A DNA stretch of 64,000 bases from Neocallimastix sp. 'constans' (Eukaryota), in assembly GCA_050613775.1 (NCBI GenBank), contig JBODTK010000124.1, forward strand, positions 1 through 64,000. Reading direction: 5' to 3'. Positions within the stretch are counted from its first letter, which is position 1; every line of letters starts with the position of its first letter. This document shows, piece after piece, positions 52,185 through 64,000 of this stretch. The notes beneath the pieces are model-generated. The model was not told the origin of the DNA. It did not search any database and saw only the letters and a list, made by a program, of their open reading frames with translations. Position numbers and translations under genes: made by a program.

Positions 52185-53330
52185 AAATTGAAGTAATATT
52201 ATTGTTAATAGTGAGTATAAGAATACAAATATTGGTTGTAGTGAATTGTAATAGTGTCGTTACTAATAGTGCAGTGAGTGGGACGACAATTGGTGAAAAT
52301 CATGTTATTTGTAATATTTTTCTTAATAGTGAGTGTGTATATATGTGTGACGTGTTACCGATTATAAACTTCCTTATTCGTAGAAGAGATGCCGAAATTA
52401 TTGATTAAAAAAAATTATAAAAAGAAATGAGATGCTTTGATTATAACTAAATCATTTATGGTGATTATTCAAAAACTCTGATAGTGGGGAATAGAGACAA
52501 TTAAATGAACTACTTTTCAAAGGTTCATCTGAGTCACCTGTTCCAAAAATTGTGGGCTTGGCGGAATTCTTAACAAGTGCAATACCTATCATTAGTAGTT
52601 CGTTTGAGCTATTATTTGATAAGTATTGCAAAATACCAAACTTATCCAATAGCGTCGACGTCGTACTGATAAGGCATAATGATAATACAGGATCGTCATC
52701 TATTTCTACGAAGGATGAATCTTGCCCTAGTAGTTCAATAAATGATGAATCCGGGGAGAGTTTAGTGGACACCACACTATCTATTTTAAAGATGTTACTT
52801 CTAGGTTTTATTTCTTTTTTATTTGTTAGGAAAGGAAAAATTCCCGCATAGTACAACTTGCCGAAATACATAGTATTTTCGAGCTTTTTTATTTTTTTAT
52901 TTTTTAATTTTTTAATTTTTTTTTTTAATTTCAAATGTACTTTTTACCTACATGTATTTTTTAAAATAAAATTAATAAAGTTTTGGTAGTGTATTCTCTT
53001 CCCTGTCTAAAAAAAAAAAAAAAAAAAAAAAAAAATTCAAAAACTCTGCCGTTAAAAAAAAAAAAAAAAATTCAAAAACACTGGGGCTCCTTTTATAGAA
53101 ATTATGACTAAGGGTTAGTACTTGATAAGGATTGCTATTTCGACAGTATAAGCTCAAACTAACTAGGAGGGTAAACTCTGAAAGTGCAGTAAGACAGGGG
53201 GGTTAGCAGGGTCAATGCCTCTGAAGAAGAAGACCATAATTTCTTTCAGATAGTCAATTCAAATCCTAATCCGGAATAAGAATTCCCTTTTAAACAGAAA
53301 TCTTATAATTTGGAGGTGAGGTTGTATATG
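52185..53330 (+). mobile_element. Probable degenerate retroelement (LINE) ORF C-terminus plus GC-richer 3' flank
   Basis: Broken coding-like sequence (QLNELLFKGSSESPVPKIVGLAEFLTSAIPIISSSFELLFDKY) similar to the segment after the zinc knuckle at ~49610; raised GC with homopolymer interruptions and no splice structure. Confidence 0.45.
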
Positions 53331-53989
53331 AACTATTTTCTGAATTTATTTATACACATTATTTTGAATATTTACTTTTTACTTCACATTACTAAATATT
53401 ATTATATTTTAATTGGACAATATTTATTTTTTTATTAATTCTTTTTTTTTTTAATAAAAAATATTCATGTAATTAATAAATGAATAAAAAAAGTTAAAGT
53501 TCTCAATAACTTCGGATATAAAAAAAAATAAATGAAAGAAAGGTTTCAGTAGTATGGTTTATGAAATTTATATTATAAAATATATTAGTAAAATAAGTAA
53601 ATTTAAAATAAATAAATAAATAAATAAATAAATAAATATATATATATATATATATAATTGAACAAGAATTTTATTTGAATAATAATCTATAATTATTATA
53701 TAATGAGAATTTTTTTTTTTATTATTGAATTTAATTCAATTTTTTATTAGTTATTTTATTTGTTAATGTTTTATTGATAAAAAAGTTATGTAAATTATTT
53801 CTTTATAGTAAGTGAAAATTGTAATTTTTTAAATTTATATGATAGATAACAGAAATTGGATAATTTAACAGTAAATTATAATAAAAATTATAAAAAGCAA
53901 TTAAGAAGAAAAATTAAAAAGATTTTTTTAAAAAAAAAAAAAACAAAGAAAAAAGAAAATTTACATATATAAGTGTTTTAATATTATAT

Positions 53990-60605
<6,616 letters not shown>

Positions 60606-61182
60606 GTATCAAGTAAATTATATATTTATTTATATAATTGTTATTACTTATTATATATATATATATTTTTTTTTTAAATCCAATATAATAAAGGATATGA
60701 TATTATATAATATGCTTTTTTTTATGTTATTATTATGAATTTCACTTTATTTTAATTATTCTTTATTGGTTTAATCAATAAAATAAATATGATAATAAAA
60801 AAACCACAATTTATTTCCGTTTATCTATTTTCTTTTTGAATTTAAATAATATCTTTTTCTTAAGAATATATATAAAATATATATTAAATTTTGAAAAAAT
60901 AATAATAATAACAATAATATAATATAAAGGTGTTAACTGTAATTTAATTAAAAACCAAATACTTTTTTTTTTATTTTTATTTTTATTTTTATTTTTACTG
61001 TTGTTATGTTGTTATATTCAGTTATATTCATAAAATGGTATTAATGCATATATTGATATTGATATTGATATTGAAAAACTAAATCTGTATATTTTTTTAT
61101 AATATTACTATTAATATTTTATAATAAATAGTAATATTTTGTAATATTTTATAATTAAGTTCAATAAAATTTAGTTAATATA

Positions 61183-61229
<47 letters not shown>

Positions 61230-62219
61230 TGTAAATAATATTTATTAATACATAATAACTTTATAAAAATATTAAAATTTTTATTAATAAAATTATAAAT
61301 AAAAAAAAAAAAATAAAATAAAATTAACTTAGAAATTTAGATAAAAAACAAGAAATGAAAGATATAGAGACTTAATAAGAATATCAATATTATATATTAC
61401 TATTATTATATTATTTGTTTCATTATTTAACAATTTCTATAATAATTTTAAAAAAAATTTCCTAAGAATTTTTTTTCTCAATAATAAAATAAAATAAATA
61501 GATATGTAAATAAATAAATAAATAAATTATAAAAAAAAAAAATCGAAATATATTATACTGTATATTTTAATCTATTATAAATTATATTAAATACAATTTC
61601 TATCGGTTATATTTTTCAATTTTTTTTTTTTTTAAAAAATTTTTTTTGAAAAATAATAATAATAATAGTAATAATAAATCGACTTTAATTGTATTTGTCG
61701 AGTCTTCTATGATTATTACATTGTAATGAAAAAATTTTTAAAAATTTTCAAAGGAATAATATTTTTGATAATTATTATCTATATAAAATTAAAATTTTTA
61801 TATCAATTTTTACATAAAGATAAAAAGGTAAAAATTATGTATATTTGTAAAAATTATATATAAATTAAAGTTTGAAGTAACTTTAATTATAAAAATTTAA
61901 AATTTTATTGGATGAGAATTAATAGAATCTAAATTTTATATGATTTATGGAGAATATTTTAATCATATAATATAAATAAATTAAAAGTAATAGTTATTAT
62001 GATTATATATATATATTTTTTAATATATTAATTTAGTATTTATTTTATTTTTATTTTTTTTTTTTTACTATATATATTATTATATATTATTTATTATTAC
62101 ATTTTTTATTTTATTTTATTTTTTATTTATTTTCTATTTTGTTTTATTTTTACTCAATTTTTTTATTTGATTATTTCCTTAATTTTTCAAATTTGAATTA
62201 CATTTTTCATTCTCTATTG

Positions 62220-62257
<38 letters not shown>

Positions 62258-62850
62258 TATAATTATTATTATTTATTTTTATTAAATATATAATAAAGAA
62301 TATATATATATATATATATATTATTATTATAATTTCAAAATCTAAAACAAAATATATATTAATTAAATATTTCTTTAATTATATTATTGTATATAATTAT
62401 AATACTTTTAATAACATACTTTTTTTAAATTTCGTAATATATAAATAATAATGCTATTATTTTTCTTATCACCGATATCAAAATGGATTTAAAAAAAATT
62501 AATTATATATTATTGAATCGTTTTTTTTTCTTTGTTGTTGTTTAAAGCTACAAGAACTAATAATAATTATTGATGAGTATTGAAATACCTATATTTCGTA
62601 ATTAATTAATGTGAACTGAATTGAATTAAATATTTAAAACAAATATTATTAACCTTTAAAAATAAAAATAAATTCTTTATTTTTACTTCTAATATACTTG
62701 GTAAATAATTATAAAAAAATAGTAAAAAATAAATATTAATAGTGAAAATAAGGACTTTATCAATTAATATATATTTAATTTTTTTTCTTAATTATTTACT
62801 TAGTATATTCTTTTCTAATTCTTTTCTATCTAATTTTTATCAAATTTATG

Positions 62851-64000
<1,150 letters not shown>

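Noticed and set aside
52452..52934. 160-aa minus-strand ORF
   Set aside because: Antisense to the plus-strand retroelement-like frame and starts in low-complexity sequence.
53218..53300. Hammerhead ribozyme (CTGAAGA core)
   Set aside because: I could not build stems I-III with a correctly placed GAAA; the motif forms a simple hairpin instead.

Overview
Very AT-rich eukaryotic DNA with short GT-AG introns, long homopolymers and (AAT)n/(ATTT)n microsatellites. It carries a flagellar gene (CCDC146) alongside fungal-type genes, which best fits a zoosporic anaerobic gut fungus (Neocallimastigomycota); this is an inference from composition and gene content. Host genes: a small acidic protein with a PP1-docking motif (3.1-3.5 kb), a 59-aa secreted prepropeptide missed by the ORF track (32.9-33.0 kb), an intronless HAL-family Ser/Thr kinase, a 4-exon Mpv17/SYM1 gene, a 3-exon RPS17 gene and a roughly 16-exon CCDC146 gene. 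Transposon relics: a LINE reverse transcriptase (1-1450), a Gypsy-like gag/protease relic with a PBS and two protease modules (25.7-29.6 kb), two LINE 3' ends (49 and 52-53 kb) and a Copia-like 3' end with LTR (62.9-64 kb). About 21 kb (3.5-24.8 kb) shows no coding signal but holds local motif clusters. I found no CRISPR array, rRNA or tRNA gene, and no multi-gene novel system. The best leads are the secreted peptide precursor, splice acceptors preceded by poly(A), the duplicated gag-protease module, a perfect 45-bp array and several template-switch-like inverted repeats. All family assignments come from motif recognition, not database searches.
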